Origin: Macrostomum hystrix
Lineage: Eukaryota; Animalia; Platyhelminthes
Direction: 5' to 3'
NCBI GenBank assembly: GCA_950097015.1
Contig: CATNEN010000027.1
Coordinates: 372,001 to 436,000 of the forward strand
Length of the DNA: 64,000 nt
Shown here: one piece after another, positions 60,907-64,000 of the stretch
Numbering within the stretch: the stretch's first letter is position 1
Layout: every line of letters starts with the position of its first letter
Position numbers and translations under genes: made by a program
Notes under the pieces: generated by a model
Databases searched by the model: none
The model's input: only the letters and a program-made list of their open reading frames with translations
What the model was told of the DNA's origin: nothing

Positions 60907-61499
60907 GTGGTGTTACGCTTTTTGCAAGTAACGCCGGACACTTTCTGTGCTGCACTGTTCCCTTTAATTGTTTGCATCTTGAGTTGCATTAAACTTTTGT
61001 TTACGCATATAGTTTAATTAACATTTTAATTAATCAAAGCGTAGAGTTGATAAAAAGCGTCAAAACAAGGACGCTGTACATTTTCTTCTGTACATACTAT
61101 ACTATACTGTATACTTAGTCTGGGCGCAAGGCGCAAAGTCAAAGGCGGTGGTTCCTAGTCGAGAGCCGAAAGGTATAAAAGGCAGAGTTAAGTATAAATT
61201 TGCTGTTGTTAAATTGCATATCAAAGTGAGCGCATATAGAGTTCTCACACGGTCGACGGGCCGAGATGGAATATACTTGTAATTACTTAACTCTATGCTG
61301 TATTGTCTGTTTTACTGCAGCCCTCCTCCTTTCTCATTATGGGCTTGGGACCAGACAATGGCGGAGTTGCTGCCAGTTTTACTGACTAGCAGTTTTACGG
61401 CTAAATGAGATCACAAAGAAAAACAGTAAGGTCAACTTTTAAAGAAAATTTAAATTGATTGGAAAAAAACTTTAAGCCACGTTAAGTTAAAGCTACTTA

Positions 61500-61567
<68 letters not shown>
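61500..61567. repeat. Compound microsatellite, (CTG)n of about 12 units followed by (TCTG)n of about 7 units
   Basis: Direct inspection. Confidence 0.95.
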
Positions 61568-62340
61568 GCTCAAACTGAGGGATGTGGCCAAGGCTCGCAC
61601 AGCAGTGCAGAAAGGCTCGGATGGACAACTCACCCGCTTGATACTTCGCCCAGCAGGTCTCGACTCCTGTCTGCAGCTGCTCATACCGTGCTCGGTGCTA
61701 AAGCTCTTGCGCTCTTGTGCCTCCGTGTACAGCAGGTGGACGAGCAGATAGAGTCAGCTGCACTCTCTCGGCTCGCTGCTCGAGTCGCCGATAGCCTTCG
61801 ACCTCGTTGTTGATCCGGATGGACTGACACTGACTTCCAGGACTGCATGGACCGGATTCGACAGCTAATAAAAAGAGAGATAACACTAAACTAAAGAAGT
61901 CCAAAAATGGAAATATATGACTAGATAGGCATGCCTTGAAATGCAAATAGGAAAGTATTCAGTTAAATATTTAAAATGATTAGTTGCTAATACTGATCAA
62001 ATTCATAAATAGCTTTGAAAATCAAGTTATTTATCTTCATTCCGTTTACTTAGACAAACATTGAATTTGAAATTATTTTTATTTTAAATTGTTTATATAG
62101 ATCTAAATTACGCAAAATTATCAATAGGCCTAGTTGAATTTTCAAGTCAAAATGTATACTGTGAAAAAATTATGGAATAAAACCATTTATCCTTATTTGC
62201 CCAAAGAAATATACAATGCCTCAAGTAGAGTCGATAAAATTATATCACGATTTCTTATTACTAATGTAGCAGGCCCCTTTTAACTGTCCATTTATACCCT
62301 CCTTTTATAGCCGTCACTTTATGTCTATGATTCATGCCCG

Positions 62341-62627
62341 TTTTTACACCTGCCCCAAATGAACCAGTTGCGCAGCCGACAGCACAGCCGCAGCTATTGC
62401 ACGTCGCATCTGAAGGCTGTGTACGGCTGTTCAGTCCATGGACTGGAAGACGCCACACCCACCCTCAATTACCCCAGCTGATGCTGGTACCCATTTATCA
62501 GCTGGGTGAACTGAAGCAATGCAGAGTTAAGTGTCTTGCTAAAATATGAAAAATGGTTCCAGTGGAGTCGGGAATCGAACCCCGACCTTCGAGTCGTGAG
62601 TCTGACGCCCTAACCTGCACTAGGCAA
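62341..62627 (-). mobile_element. Full-length copy of the tRNA-derived SINE
   Basis: Minus strand GCCTAGTGCAGGTTAGGGCGTCAGACTCACGACTCGAAGGTCGGGGTTCGATTCCCGACTCCACTGG, plus body and 3' GGGGCAGGTGTAAAAA, colinear with 7515-7800. Confidence 0.88.
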
Positions 62628-63664
62628 CAACCACCTCGTTCTTCAATAATAAGAATTTTTGACAGATGTTTCCCCGAATCTGTCCCTGCCTCTTAAAATG
62701 CGTCGAACATTAACATGCACGTACATAGTACTCCTTTGCACTGAGCAGGGAAGCATTATCCAACTTCTCTCGACGAGAGCTGATATTTTTAACACTTAGA
62801 GTTTCTGAAAATTAGCATTTGTTTATCTTATTGCATTTGCTTCTTAAAGTAGTTGTCGACACACAAGTCTAAATGACGACGTTCATGTTGGCACAAAATT
62901 TCCAAGAAACTATACGCGTTAGCAATTGACTAATAATTTCTAATGCCGCGTTCACTTGCCTGCGTATATTTAATTCTGTACAAGTGGTCTCCAGCATCCA
63001 GGTGACGTGTGGGAATCTGCAAGTCACGTCACTATTCCAATCTCCATGAAGTCGTCGTACATCCTTCAATGTTACAGTTCTGAGTTGTTTTCGTCCTTGT
63101 TGCGGGTAAAAAGCGCTTAAAAACTCACAAATATACTATTTACACACTTCGATATGACAGCTTATTAAATTTCGCTGAATGTTGTCATAGTTTTTAGGCT
63201 ACTTTATGGTTCTAAAATATGAACTAGTCATTGTGAAATGACTTTATTTAGGTAATATACACAAATCAATAAAAAACGGTCGATGCAGTAAATTATTTTA
63301 GTAAATTACTGCTTCTCTACTGTTACGTCACGTCTTATGAAGCATGCCTAGAACTCTAATGCCTCACTATTACACAATAGAATGGAATCTCTATCTTTAA
63401 GCATTTCTCAAGGTCAAGCAACAGATAGCAGGTCATCACACTATTCATTTTCACTAAGTAAGTTAAGACACAAATTCCTTTAATCTTGACTCATCTCACA
63501 CAATGAACCTAATTGTAGGAGCTACTCTACCTCAGTGTCAAGAGAACGCGGCTTGAATAGGAAAAGGAAAGCAGCAGCGGGTCGCTCTGCTGTGCAGCAT
63601 GTGAGACCAGCTTTCAAAGGCTCGATGAATTTCCATGACCGGAAAAACGTGTCGATTTGGAGTG

Positions 63665-63670
63665 TATAAA
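63665..63670 (+). promoter_or_regulatory. TATA box of the prepro-peptide gene
   Basis: TATAAA about 95 nt upstream of ATG 63764 at the AT-rich to GC-rich transition. Confidence 0.55.
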
Positions 63671-63763
63671 TTCGAGTCATCTCGATGCTGGGTGGACCTA
63701 CAAGCCAAGTGCAGCTCTCAGCTTCTCAACCTGCTTCATCAAGCGACAAACAGCGACACAAGC

Positions 63764-64000
63764 ATGAAGTGGCAGTTTGCTCTCGGACTCCTGCTCTGCG
63801 CAGCCCTGGCAGCCGCCAGACCCAGCCAGGAGATGTCGGAGGAAGACGCGGAGTCGCTGCAGGCCCTTGAGGCCCTGGCTGACCTGGACGAGTCGGAATT
63901 GACAGCGGAGAAGGCCGCGGAGCTGCAGAAGAAGTGGCGAATCCGGTGGAAGCGTGTGTGGCGCGTGGCCAAGTCGGTCTACAGGGTCTACCGCATGCTG
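63764..64000 (+). CDS. Partial (runs off window) prepro-peptide: signal peptide, acidic pro-piece, cationic Trp/Arg-rich amphipathic peptide; putative antimicrobial peptide precursor
   Basis: Hand translation: MKWQFALGLLLCAALAAA|RPSQEMSEEDAESLQALEALADLDESELTAEKAAELQ|KKWRIRWKRVWRVAKSVYRVYRML. AGCATGA start context, upstream TATA, GC-rich codons. Missing from the ORF track because it has no stop in the window. Confidence 0.8.
   Translation, partial: MKWQFALGLLLCAALAAARPSQEMSEEDAESLQALEALADLDESELTAEKAAELQKKWRIRWKRVWRVAKSVYRVYRML

Overview
Animal genomic DNA: GC-rich spliced exons in AT-rich, minisatellite-packed introns and intergenic DNA. The style suggests a free-living flatworm such as Macrostomum, but that is an inference. 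Genes reconstructed by hand from splice sites and homology: TDRD3 (+, 4 exons, 818-3940); a secreted DNase I-family gene (-, at least 6 exons, 9024-5651, with a possible C-terminal extension to about 4585); an orphan RGG-rich/acidic-repeat protein (-, about 12093-10629); an intronless stomatin/MEC-2-like gene (+, 17840-19135); a complete 19-exon Dscam (-, 56310-36065, about 2,420 aa); and, at the right edge, a truncated prepro-peptide (+, 63764 onward) with the architecture of a cationic antimicrobial peptide. Mobile DNA: four copies of a tRNA-derived SINE, other tRNA-like heads, a P-element relic, an IS630/Tc1-like transposase pseudogene, and two LINE 3' ends inserted at one target motif. More than 20 distinct minisatellite arrays account for most long ORFs in the track. 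The two most striking unannotated items are (1) a Pol III tRNA-like cassette with a hammerhead ribozyme in place of the anticodon loop, bracketed by 18-bp inverted repeats (21925-22100), and (2) the antimicrobial-peptide-like precursor at 63764-64000, which is absent from the ORF track.
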